64,000 nt of DNA from Spirochaetia bacterium. GTDB taxonomy: Bacteria; Spirochaetota; Spirochaetia; DSM-2461. The position numbers were made by a program, and so were the translations under genes. The stretch lies in the NCBI GenBank assembly GCA_963666985.2, contig CAXXIA010000002.1, positions 64,001 through 128,000 of the forward strand. The letters are read 5' to 3'. Positions 50,101 through 59,084 of the stretch are shown here, one piece after another (the stretch's first letter is position 1; the number at the start of each line of letters is the position of its first letter). Below the pieces are notes generated by a model. It had not been told where the DNA came from and made no database searches. It worked only from the letters and a program-made list of their open reading frames with translations.

Positions 50101-51456
50101 TTACTTTCGAATCAAAAAACGGCCGCGGCCCCGGGTTCCCGTAAATTCCTCTTCCTGAATGATGATTTCTCCCCGGCTGAGGGTGTAAAGGGGCCATCCT
50201 TTCACAGAAAGTCCGTCATAGGGTGTCCAGTCGGCCGCTTCATGGAGGGTTTCCGCCGATAAGATTTTTTCTTTCTCAGGATCAAAAATAACGATATCCG
50301 CATCGTATCCGGGAAGCAGCCGGCCTTTGTTTTTCATTCCGTAGAGGGCGGCCGGTGCGGTGCAGCACATGTCGACCCAATGGTTCTCCGTAATGATTCC
50401 GGCGGACACGCCGCCGGAGAAGAGGGAGGCAAATCGCATTTCGATGGAAGGCACCCCCCCGGGGATGGAATTATAGGCTCCCATTCCCTGCTTTTTCTCA
50501 TCAACGGTAAAGGGGCAGTGGTCCGTTGATATGGTTTGGAAAAAACCTTGGGAAAGCAGATTCCACATGCCTTTCCGGGATTCTTCACTTCGAAGGGGCG
50601 GTGAACAGACAGGGAGAGCTCCGAGAACGCCTTCCCGGTCGTACAAATCATGATTCAAAAAAAGATATTGCGGGCAGGTTTCCGCCGTAACCCTTTTGCC
50701 CCGGAATCGGGCTTGGGAGATAACTTTTGCCGCCGCGGGGCAGGAGACATGAAAAATGTGCAGGGGAACTTTTGCAAAGTCGGCAATCGTAATGATTCGT
50801 TCCGCCGCTTCGGCTTCGAAAATCTCCGGACGACTTCGCGGATGCCAGTGGGGGGAGGTTCGTCCATTGGCCAGATTGTCCTGAATGAGGGATGTAATCA
50901 GGTCCCAGTTCTCCGCGTGAACCACCGCCAGGCCACCGGTTTCCCCGATGCATTTCAGGCTGTTGTAAAGTTCTCCATCGGTCAGGCGAAGGCCGTATGC
51001 CATGTAGAGTTTGAAGCTCTGACAGCCGGCATCGTAGGCCTTGGGAATTTGGACTTCAAGATTCCGATCGTGAGGGGATACGGTCATATGCAGGCCGTAA
51101 TCGATGACGGAGCGTTCGGCGGCGGCGCTTTTTCTTTTCTCAAGTCCGTCCGTCATCGTTTCGTGTTCTTCGGTTTCGACAAAATCGATGATGGATGTGG
51201 TTCCCCCAAAGGCCGCGGCGACGGTTCCGGTGTAAAAATCATCGGTTGAGACATAGTCCCCAATAGGCATTTCCAAATGCAGATGGGTATCTACGGCTCC
51301 CGGGGTAACCAGTTTCCCTTCCGCGTTGATTTCCCGATTCCCCTCCAGGGAGGTTCCCACAGCCGCAATCAAACCGTCCCGTATGGCCAAATCCGCATAG
51401 TAGGATTCCGCCGATGTAACGATTTTTCCGTTTTTTATAACCAAGTCATATTTCAT
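50101..51456 (-). CDS. hydA: Dihydropyrimidinase / D-hydantoinase
   Basis: PGAVDTHLH, AAAFGGTT, SFKLYMAY, VHAEN, FHVS, ETCPQYL, STDHCPF. Confidence 0.9.
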   Translation of the reverse strand: MKYDLVIKNGKIVTSAESYYADLAIRDGLIAAVGTSLEGNREINAEGKLVTPGAVDTHLHLEMPIGDYVSTDDFYTGTVAAAFGGTTSIIDFVETEEHETMTDGLEKRKSAAAERSVIDYGLHMTVSPHDRNLEVQIPKAYDAGCQSFKLYMAYGLRLTDGELYNSLKCIGETGGLAVVHAENWDLITSLIQDNLANGRTSPHWHPRSRPEIFEAEAAERIITIADFAKVPLHIFHVSCPAAAKVISQARFRGKRVTAETCPQYLFLNHDLYDREGVLGALPVCSPPLRSEESRKGMWNLLSQGFFQTISTDHCPFTVDEKKQGMGAYNSIPGGVPSIEMRFASLFSGGVSAGIITENHWVDMCCTAPAALYGMKNKGRLLPGYDADIVIFDPEKEKILSAETLHEAADWTPYDGLSVKGWPLYTLSRGEIIIQEEEFTGTRGRGRFLIRK

Positions 51457-51759
51457 CTTTTTGCCCGCTTTGATTCAAAGAAGTAGGGAAATAGGATCTT
51501 TCCACTCTTAATTAATACATCGGAGCTTCGGAGAACTGCAAGAAAATAGAAAGGAGAAGATGATGCCGTCCCGGACTCCCGATGCTTGGAAACGGCCTAT
51601 GAGTCCAAGGAAGCGCTTGCCGTTCTCCTTGTTACACGGCAGCGCCGGGAAGGGTGCGATCCAGCCTTTCGGCCCGAAACGGGACGAAAGACCGAAGCGA
51701 AGCAAAAAGGCGTACACGGCGCCGGAGCCCAAGGAGCCGGGCCGCCCGATGAATACCGA

Positions 51760-52740
51760 TCAGCCGGCCAGAGCCTTGATTTCCCGATACTTGGAAAGGT
51801 CGCTGTAGAGCTCGCCTTTGTAGGGATTGCGGCCGGTTTTCTTGATTTTGATAATCATGTAAATCAGAACCGCCACGTTGACGGCCAGTGCGGCGATGCC
51901 CCAGGCCCAATAGATTCCGCTTTTGTAGGTGGATGTTACCGCCCAGCGTCCGGTGTCCTGGAAGGAGGGAAAGGTTTGAGCGAACATGCACCAGAGAGCC
52001 AGGGTTTGTGCGCGGTGCTGGAGCCAGGCGCCTTTTCCGATGGTAAACGCGCAGAGCGTGGGAGCCAGAAGCAGGGCGAATCCGCAGTACCATGAATGGG
52101 TGGGCAGGCAGTTGTAGGTGTAGGTGAAGTTCCACAAATCGTAGGCGATGATCCAGAACCAGAGCATGTCGGGCCAGAGCATGTCGCGGCTTGTATCCTT
52201 GGCGGTTTTCCGGCGGATAACAATGCCGAACCATCCGGTAATGGTGATGATATTGATGATGCCGGCGATGGCGTTCAGGTAGTTCCAGGGTCCGCCGAGA
52301 ACAAAAACGCCGTCATCGGCGGTGATGCCGCCTCCGGAATACTGCATTCCAACCTGGAAATCCCGCACACAGGCTTCCAGAATGTTGATGGCCAAAATCA
52401 GGGGCGGAAAAACCAGGGCCCATTTTTTCTCGTACAGGTGCCATTCGTTGCCGCCGACTTTGTCTTTTCCTTTCAGGTGGCGGATCAGCCAGAAACCGAT
52501 ACATCCGGCGGTGGAGGAATACACTTTGGCCAGGTGAAACCAGTCGGTGTAGGTGGTTTCACTGAATATGGTTATCCACAGAACCGTCAGGATAATCGGC
52601 AGAATAACGAAGGCGAAGAATCCGGCGTATTTGAAGCGCCGGGTTATTTCGTTGGCGATGAATAGTACGGCAAAGACCAAAAGCCACACGCCCCAAACGG
52701 ATGCGCCGGTTGCTCCTGCGGCATAATTGAATGTGAACAT
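51760..52740 (-). CDS. Polytopic membrane protein resembling the DUF5692 family
   Basis: About 8 TM segments; WFHLAKVYS, NILEA..RD, DMLWPDM.WFWIIAYDLWNF.Y.YNC, WLQHRA.TL. Family recognised from memory. Confidence 0.75.
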   Translation of the reverse strand: MFTFNYAAGATGASVWGVWLLVFAVLFIANEITRRFKYAGFFAFVILPIILTVLWITIFSETTYTDWFHLAKVYSSTAGCIGFWLIRHLKGKDKVGGNEWHLYEKKWALVFPPLILAINILEACVRDFQVGMQYSGGGITADDGVFVLGGPWNYLNAIAGIINIITITGWFGIVIRRKTAKDTSRDMLWPDMLWFWIIAYDLWNFTYTYNCLPTHSWYCGFALLLAPTLCAFTIGKGAWLQHRAQTLALWCMFAQTFPSFQDTGRWAVTSTYKSGIYWAWGIAALAVNVAVLIYMIIKIKKTGRNPYKGELYSDLSKYREIKALAG

Positions 52741-52967
52741 AGCGTTACCACTCTCTGGAAAAAGATTATCAACCTCAGAACATTAAGAACTTGGGTTGGT
52801 TTTTTTCTTTTTGAACTTTTTCTTTAAAAATTTGGATGGCTCGCGATCGGCGAATCCATGGCAAACCAAGGGCATTGTAATCCATCTTCACTTTTTTACA
52901 ATTGGAACACTGTTAAATTCGTTATTTTTTTATTGTTTCTTTGAAGGATTAATCGAAAACAGTTTTT

Positions 52968-53555
52968 TTAGGAGGTTTCCCCGCAGAAGGAATCCAGAAT
53001 AAGGCTTAAGTCTTCCCGGAGTTTTTCATTAAGATTGTATCGGCCGCTAAGAAGGCACCATTCGAAGAGAACACCCCGCCCGCTTCTGATCAGCCGGTCG
53101 ATCAAAGCATCGATATCGGTTCCGGTCCGCAAATCCGACCGCCCGGCGTTCATCACTTTTCTCAACTGAACATAAATGGGCCGATCCGTTTGAATGGCAT
53201 ACTTTTGAGAGCTGGCGAGCAGATAAAGGTAGCTTTGGGTAACCACTTCCCATCCAAGGTCTTCCAATATTCCGCCGGCTTCTTCAAAAAGATAAAGAAC
53301 ATTCGCTTTGAGGTCTTCTCCGTAATGATGATGGAGTATTTTTTCCTCCCAGAGCAAATCCAGCTGCTGGTGGATTGTGTTGATGATTTCTTCCTTGGAT
53401 TTAAAGTAGTAGTAAAAACTGCCTATGGAAATTGAAGCGGCGCCGCAAATATCCCGAACCGACACGGCGGCAAAGCCGTATTTTTGAAACAGGGACATTG
53501 CGCTGAGGGTGATTTTCAATTTGGTGGCAATAGATTTTTTTTTCTTTTCATTCAT
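52968..53555 (-). CDS. TetR/AcrR family regulator
   Basis: LFQKYGFAAVSVRDICGAASISIGSFYYYFKSKEEI; likely ATG at 53555. Confidence 0.9.
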   Translation of the reverse strand: MNEKKKKSIATKLKITLSAMSLFQKYGFAAVSVRDICGAASISIGSFYYYFKSKEEIINTIHQQLDLLWEEKILHHHYGEDLKANVLYLFEEAGGILEDLGWEVVTQSYLYLLASSQKYAIQTDRPIYVQLRKVMNAGRSDLRTGTDIDALIDRLIRSGRGVLFEWCLLSGRYNLNEKLREDLSLILDSFCGETS

Positions 53556-53647
53556 GGATTTGTGAAGATTCAGTAAAAATACACCAAAACTCTTCAGAAC
53601 GAACAGATTCCCGGTCATCTTAAGAACAAATAATAGATAATTAATTA

Positions 53648-53695
53648 TTGAAAAGTCGCCGTTTCCATGAAATACTGATATTCGAACACTGTTCG
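53648..53695 (+). promoter_or_regulatory. Putative hypB-operon promoter and palindromic operator
   Basis: TTGAAA (53648), 17-nt spacer, TG-n-AATACT (53671); palindrome CGAACA-C-TGTTCG at 53683-53695. The same core GAACACTGTT occurs at 52905-52914. Confidence 0.6.
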
Positions 53696-53709
53696 GTTTG
53701 GAGCGTCCA

Positions 53710-54381
53710 ATGAACAAATTTAAGGTAATTGAAATTAAGAAAAGCGTTTATGAAAGCAATGACAAGAAGGCTGAGAAACTCCGGGCGGAGCTGAAATCCG
53801 ACGGAATTTTCCTCTTGAATCTCATGTCTTCACCCGGATCGGGGAAAACCACCACCGTGATGGGAACAATTGATGCTCTCAAAGAACACTTTGCGATTGC
53901 GGTGCTGGAAGCCGATTTGGATTCCGACGTGGACGCGGCCACCGTTTCCGCTTCGGGGGTGAAAGTAATTCAGCTCCACACCGGCGGAATGTGCCATCTG
54001 GATGCCGGCATGACCGAGCAGGGAATTAATGCGATCGGTTTGGAGGGAATCGATTTGGCGATTCTGGAAAACGTCGGGAATCTGATTTGCCCGGCCGAAT
54101 TTGATACCGGCGCTTCCAAAAGCGCCATGATTCTCAGTGTGCCCGAAGGCGATGATAAGCCTCTGAAATATCCGAACATGTTTACCAAAGTAGATGCCCT
54201 GATTGTAAACAAAATGGATGCCGCCGAGTTTTTTGAGTTTGATCTTGAAGCCGTGAAAAATCGGGTTGAAAAATTGAATCCGGGGGTAAAGATTTTCCCC
54301 ATGTCGGCGAAAACCGGCGAGGGAATGAAAGAATGGGCCGACTGGCTGGCTTCGGAAGTTATCAAATGGAAGGAGAACTGA
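53710..54381 (+). CDS. hypB: Nickel-insertion GTPase HypB
   Basis: LMSSPGSGKTT, TGGMCHLDA, ENVGNLICPAEF, SVPEGDDKPLKYP, NKMD, SAKTGEG. Confidence 0.95.
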   Translation: MNKFKVIEIKKSVYESNDKKAEKLRAELKSDGIFLLNLMSSPGSGKTTTVMGTIDALKEHFAIAVLEADLDSDVDAATVSASGVKVIQLHTGGMCHLDAGMTEQGINAIGLEGIDLAILENVGNLICPAEFDTGASKSAMILSVPEGDDKPLKYPNMFTKVDALIVNKMDAAEFFEFDLEAVKNRVEKLNPGVKIFPMSAKTGEGMKEWADWLASEVIKWKEN

Positions 54382-54384
54382 CAA

Positions 54385-57150
54385 ATGGATGTCTTTGCCG
54401 ATCTGAAAGCCGACACAACCGATCAATCAAAAATGTGGTTCCCGGAAGGGTATGAATGCAAGTACAACGAGAAGATTCTGGCTCTGGCGAATATTATCGG
54501 AAACCGCAAAAGCGCCAAGTCATCCTATACATGGGAAGATCCGGAATATGTCATCCTCGAAGCCGGTATCGATGATGAAATGGCGGATGTGGCTTTGGGG
54601 CTTAAACTGTATGAAAAACAGACCGCGGAGGATATCTCCAAAATCGTAAACAAGCCCGTGGATCACTGCCATGAGCAGCTGATGAAGCTGGCCGTGTACG
54701 GTGCCTGTTTTGTGAATACCGTTGACGGCAAGGATGTGTTCTGGGCGGAAACCTGGATTCCCGGCACCATGGAAGTAATTGTAAACAATCTTGATGTCGT
54801 GAAGAAATATCCGATTGTCGGTTATGCCATGGAAGCCTACGGCCGGGTTCGCGGACCCAAGAGTTCCGGTGCATTCCGTCCGGGGATGGGCCTGATGCGG
54901 GTGATTCCCATTGAGTCGGCCATCGACGGGAACAGCCATAGAGCATCCTACGAAGAGGTTTCCAAATATCTCAATGATAACGATGTTTTTACTGTAACCG
55001 ACTGTTCCTGCCGAACCGACCGTGAAGCCATGGGCGAAGGGTGCGGCCATTTAAAGGAAGATATGTGTATCCAGATGGGACACGCCGCCGAATACTACAT
55101 TAAAACCGGCCGCGGACGGCAGATTACCCGGGAAGAAGCCTTTGAAATTATTAAAAAAGCCGAAGAAAACGGGCTGATGCACCAGATTCCGAATCTGGAC
55201 GGCAGCGGAAAAACCCATGCCATCTGTAACTGCTGCGGCTGCAGCTGCCTATCGCTCCGAACGGCGGAAATGTTTAAAAACACCGACATGGTACGCTCCA
55301 ACTACGTGGCCCGGGTGGATACCTCGCAATGCGTGGCCTGCGGTCAGTGCGTGGAATACTGCCCTGTAAACGCTTTAAGATTGGGCCAAAAACTCTGTTC
55401 TTCCAAAGAAGTTGTTACGGATATCACCACCAAAGATACTCCCCGCGATCTGAAATGGACCGAGGAATACTGGAACACCGAGTACAGAACCAACCGGGAA
55501 AATGTGGTGGAGAGTGGAACCTCCCCCTGTAAAACCGCATGCCCGGCTCATATCGGGGTTCAGGGCTACATCAAGTTGGCCGCCCAGGGTAAATATATGG
55601 AAGCTCTGGAACTGATTCGCCATGAGAACCCGCTTCCGGCCGTTTGCGGCCGTATCTGCAATCGGCGCTGCGAGGATGCCTGCACCCGCGGAAGCATCGA
55701 TGATCCGATAGCCATTGATGAAATCAAGAAGTTCATCGCCGAAATCGAACTGGATAAATCCAAACGTTTTGTTCCGAGAATCCGTCATGATTACAGCGAC
55801 AAGAAGGTGGCCATTATCGGTTCGGGCCCGGCCGGATTATCCTGTGCCTACTATCTGGCTCTGGATGGTTATACCGTTACCGTTTTTGAAAAAGAGAGCC
55901 GCCTCGGCGGTATGCTGACCCTCGGACTTCCGAATTTCCGTTTGGAAAAAGATGTGGTGGAAGCGGAAATCGACATGATCCGCGACATGGGCGTGGAGTT
56001 TAAAACCGGAGTTGAAATCGGTAAGGATATTTCCATCGCCGAACTTCGCGATCAGGGATATAACGCCTTTTATGTGGCCATCGGTGCTCAGGGCGGAAGA
56101 ATGATTGGAGTTCCCGGAGAAGACGCCGAAGGCGTGATGAGCGGAATCGAATTCCTCCGTATCATTAATCAGGATCAAACTTACAAACTTTCGGGCAACA
56201 CGGTTGTGATCGGCGGCGGAAACGTGGCCATCGATGTTTCCCGGACGGCGGTTCGGGCCGGAGATGCAAAGGTGAGCCAGTTCTGTCTGGAATCCCGTGA
56301 GCAGATGCCGGCACTGGAAGAAGAAATTGTCGAGGCCGAAGAAGAAGGCATCACCATCAGTACCAGCTGGGGCCCGAAACAGATTCTTGTTGAAAACGGC
56401 AAAGTTAAAGGTATCGAGTTCAAAAAATGTACCGCCGTATTTGATGCGGAAGGAAAATTCAATCCCCAGTATGATGAAAATGACTGCATGAGCGTGGAAG
56501 CCGACAACATTCTTCTTTCCGTCGGACAGTCCATCGTATGGGGCGATCTCCTGAACGATTCCAAAGTGGAACTTCGCGGTAACGGCGGTATCATTGCCGA
56601 TGATTTTACCTTCCAGACGGCGGAGAAAGATATTTTTGCCGGAGGGGATGTCTATTCCGGTCCCCGTTTTGCCATCGATGCGATTGCGGCCGGCAAGCAG
56701 GCGGCCGTTTCCATTCACCGTTTTGTTCAGCCGGGACAGAGTTTGGTTCTCGGACGCGACCGCCGGGTGTACAAAGAGCTGGATAAAGAGGCCGCCGTTA
56801 TTGAGAATTATGATAATACTCCGCGCCAGCGTCCTTTGAATGTAACGAGCGAAGAAAAACAGTCCCGAAGTTTCAACGATCTCCGGGGTGTGTTTACGGA
56901 AGATCAGCTGAAGAAAGAAACGGAACGCTGTTTGGGATGCGGGGCTACCATCGTGGATTCTTATATGTGCGTGGGATGCGGTCAGTGTACAACCAAGTGT
57001 CAATTCGATGCCATTTCCCTTGAGCGTGTATACGACGGCGAGGGTGTTGAATACTTTGACTTAAAGCCGAATGTTGTAAAACAGATGGTAAAACGGCAGG
57101 CCAAGATTGCCATCCGGAAGGTGAAAGATTCATTTAAAGGTGATAAATAG
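54385..57150 (+). CDS. Multi-Fe-S, FAD/NAD(P)H-dependent oxidoreductase (Cys-rich N-domain, ferredoxin motifs, GltD/PreT-like module), 921 aa
   Basis: DCSCR, CGH...C, ICNCCGCSC; CVACGQCVEYCP; CKTACP, CGRICNRRCEDAC; GSGPAG; GGGNVAID; FAGGD; RCLGC, CVGCGQCTTKC. Confidence 0.9.
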   Translation: MDVFADLKADTTDQSKMWFPEGYECKYNEKILALANIIGNRKSAKSSYTWEDPEYVILEAGIDDEMADVALGLKLYEKQTAEDISKIVNKPVDHCHEQLMKLAVYGACFVNTVDGKDVFWAETWIPGTMEVIVNNLDVVKKYPIVGYAMEAYGRVRGPKSSGAFRPGMGLMRVIPIESAIDGNSHRASYEEVSKYLNDNDVFTVTDCSCRTDREAMGEGCGHLKEDMCIQMGHAAEYYIKTGRGRQITREEAFEIIKKAEENGLMHQIPNLDGSGKTHAICNCCGCSCLSLRTAEMFKNTDMVRSNYVARVDTSQCVACGQCVEYCPVNALRLGQKLCSSKEVVTDITTKDTPRDLKWTEEYWNTEYRTNRENVVESGTSPCKTACPAHIGVQGYIKLAAQGKYMEALELIRHENPLPAVCGRICNRRCEDACTRGSIDDPIAIDEIKKFIAEIELDKSKRFVPRIRHDYSDKKVAIIGSGPAGLSCAYYLALDGYTVTVFEKESRLGGMLTLGLPNFRLEKDVVEAEIDMIRDMGVEFKTGVEIGKDISIAELRDQGYNAFYVAIGAQGGRMIGVPGEDAEGVMSGIEFLRIINQDQTYKLSGNTVVIGGGNVAIDVSRTAVRAGDAKVSQFCLESREQMPALEEEIVEAEEEGITISTSWGPKQILVENGKVKGIEFKKCTAVFDAEGKFNPQYDENDCMSVEADNILLSVGQSIVWGDLLNDSKVELRGNGGIIADDFTFQTAEKDIFAGGDVYSGPRFAIDAIAAGKQAAVSIHRFVQPGQSLVLGRDRRVYKELDKEAAVIENYDNTPRQRPLNVTSEEKQSRSFNDLRGVFTEDQLKKETERCLGCGATIVDSYMCVGCGQCTTKCQFDAISLERVYDGEGVEYFDLKPNVVKQMVKRQAKIAIRKVKDSFKGDK

Positions 57151-57155
57151 CTTCG

Positions 57156-57497
57156 ATGCATGAACTGGGTATCGTGATGCATATCGCAGAAACGGTTCTG
57201 GAATTGATGAAGGAAGAAGAGCTGACCGAGGTACGGAAAATCGTGCTTCAGGTTGGCGAACTTTCCGCCGTTATTCCCCGCTATCTGATGGAATGCTATC
57301 CGGCGGCCGTTGATGGAACGGCGCTGGAAAAAACCGAGCTGGAGATAGAGATTCTTCCCGGTAACGGTAAATGCCGCGCTTGCGGGGAAGTGTATAATCT
57401 TCTCAAAAATAAGCGAATCTGCCCCAAGTGTGGGGCGGATCATTTTGAATTCTTAAGTGGGGATGAATTCAATTTGAAAGAGATTCTCGCCTGTTGA
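57156..57497 (+). CDS. hypA: Nickel metallochaperone HypA
   Basis: N-terminal MHE, VGELS, CRAC...CPKC, GDEF; 113 aa. Confidence 0.95.
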   Translation: MHELGIVMHIAETVLELMKEEELTEVRKIVLQVGELSAVIPRYLMECYPAAVDGTALEKTELEIEILPGNGKCRACGEVYNLLKNKRICPKCGADHFEFLSGDEFNLKEILAC

Positions 57498-57714
57498 GAG
57501 AATCTTTTAAGCCATGAAACGCCTTTGATATCTTTAAAAGACCGCGACGGGGGATGCCGCGATTTTGTCAATTTTCGGTGAGATTAGCCGACCTCGTCCG
57601 CTGTATTCGTTTTAAGCGGCCATTGGGCATCATCTGCAAGGAAAGGGACCCCGGGCGGAACATGCTGGGGGTGTATGGCACCTTGAGCGTCCGGCGCTCT
57701 GCCGGATGAGGTGC

Positions 57715-58344
57715 TTATACGCCCGATGCCGGTTTGACGGCCAATTCTCCGGCGGCGGCGAACCATCCGGGAGAATCTTCAACAGTGATGCCGCCAAATC
57801 CGTATTCCGCCAGTTTGGACCGGAAGTATTCCACCGGCGGCAGGATGTCTTCGGAGACTTCCCGGCCTCTCCCGATATGGTACTCATTCAATTCCCGCCG
57901 GCTTAATGAATGCGTGATGACTAAGGTTCCGCCGACCTTCAGATAAGAAGCCGCGTTTCTGAAGACGGGATCGAACCGATCAAAATGAGGAAATGTATTG
58001 AAAATGATGACCTTGTCGGCTGCAATTTGACGGTTTATCGGTTCCAGAAACGACTTATGGATGATGTCCAGGGAGGGAAACTTCCTTTTCAGGATTTTTA
58101 CCATTTCGGCGGAATTCTCCACCGCATAAATATGCTTCACCCCGGCGTTCCGATAATACGGTATGGCAATCCCGGTTCCCGAACCGACGTCCATCACCGT
58201 ATCGTTTACCCCAATATGGAACTCCGTGATTATCCGCTCAAGAGCCGCATGATCCTCTCGGCGAATTCGAGTATCCCAATCCGGAGCATTCCGGCAGAAG
58301 AATGTGTTTCGGTGTAACATAAACGGCTGCAGATTAAGGTTCAT
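57715..58344 (-). CDS. Class I SAM-dependent methyltransferase
   Basis: VMDVGSGTG, AVENSAEM, FPHF, LKVGGTLVITH. The longer 340-aa ORF overlaps the upstream gene, so the start is placed at ATG 58344. Confidence 0.82.
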   Translation of the reverse strand: MNLNLQPFMLHRNTFFCRNAPDWDTRIRREDHAALERIITEFHIGVNDTVMDVGSGTGIAIPYYRNAGVKHIYAVENSAEMVKILKRKFPSLDIIHKSFLEPINRQIAADKVIIFNTFPHFDRFDPVFRNAASYLKVGGTLVITHSLSRRELNEYHIGRGREVSEDILPPVEYFRSKLAEYGFGGITVEDSPGWFAAAGELAVKPASGV

Positions 58345-58535
58345 GAGAACATACCCTTCAAGAGGATCTCGATACAACCCCTCCCGGCCGATCGAGAAAA
58401 CAATCTTGGCGAATCTCGCCCCTCTTTCGCCGAAACCAGCATAAACCCGAACTGCTCCAGGAACCCGCTCCCGTCCCATCGCCGGGTGCTGCGGCATGTG
58501 TTTGCACCCGGCATATTCCGAATCGGCTTCGGGGA

Positions 58536-59000
58536 TCAGCCCGCGGAAATCGCCCCTGTTTTCGTATACACAAAACTTGTCAGGATTCCCAGGATCAGCA
58601 TCGCGATAACAGAATTGATCAGCTGGACCATGATGAGCGGGACCGGATAGCGAAAGAGCATGAATTGATTGAAGGCCTCCGGAATTGTTTTGATAAGAAT
58701 GACGGCCAAAGCGAAGAGCACGCCCTTGGCAAGCCAATTTCCCGGCAGCAGGGAAAATGCAACAACGAAAAGAAAGATAAAGAGCGCCACAAAGTACACC
58801 CCGAGAGCCGCGTTGAGTCCGATATAAACCCCGAGACCTCCGAAATCGCTCGTCTCTTTCATCACCGCCGGGACATTCAGCTTCTTGAAAATCCCGGATA
58901 CAAGGGGATTTACGTACAGAAGATTACCGACAATCATGTTGGCGACAAGAATCACGGGACTCCAGGCGAACACCTTCCAGAGAACGATCGAATGATTCAT
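58536..59000 (-). CDS. Hypothetical 4-TM membrane protein
   Basis: AAGGAGG RBS; four hydrophobic segments. Confidence 0.75.
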   Translation of the reverse strand: MNHSIVLWKVFAWSPVILVANMIVGNLLYVNPLVSGIFKKLNVPAVMKETSDFGGLGVYIGLNAALGVYFVALFIFLFVVAFSLLPGNWLAKGVLFALAVILIKTIPEAFNQFMLFRYPVPLIMVQLINSVIAMLILGILTSFVYTKTGAISAG

Positions 59001-59011
59001 TTAAACCTCCT

Positions 59012-59081
59012 TTCAACAGCTGTTTCGCAGCGCGAAATAGCAAGCCTTCAACAGCTGAATCGCAGCGCGATTTAGCGAGCC
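59012..59081. repeat. Two tandem 35-bp hairpin units with compensatory stem changes (REP-like)
   Basis: TTCAACAGCTGTTTCGC-AGC-GCGAAATAGCAAGCC and TTCAACAGCTGAATCGC-AGC-GCGATTTAGCGAGCC. Confidence 0.9.
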
Positions 59082-59084
59082 TCT

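Noticed and set aside
53556..53717. Upstream extensions in the ORF track (TetR to 53717; likewise nqrB to 31593, PaaX to 59963, LemA from 60106, methyltransferase to 58737, AraR-type to 20845)
   Set aside because: They run through promoter or operator DNA or neighbouring genes; downstream starts fit RBS positions or domain boundaries better.
55837..57003. Long antisense ORFs (388 aa here; also 27154-28146, 21198-22100, 17899-18747, 42111-42974, 33492-34334)
   Set aside because: Each lies opposite a motif-supported gene and has no recognisable motifs; typical shadow ORFs in GC-rich DNA.
54385..57150. Calling the oxidoreductase gltD or preT because hydA is nearby
   Set aside because: It is about twice the size, has extra domains, and no gltB or preA partner is in the window.
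58345..58535. Possible cobalamin or SAM riboswitch upstream of the methyltransferase
   Set aside because: Hairpins exist, but I found no B12-box or SAM-I consensus elements.
59012..59081. Possible mini-CRISPR
   Set aside because: The units are directly adjacent with no spacers and vary inside the stem.
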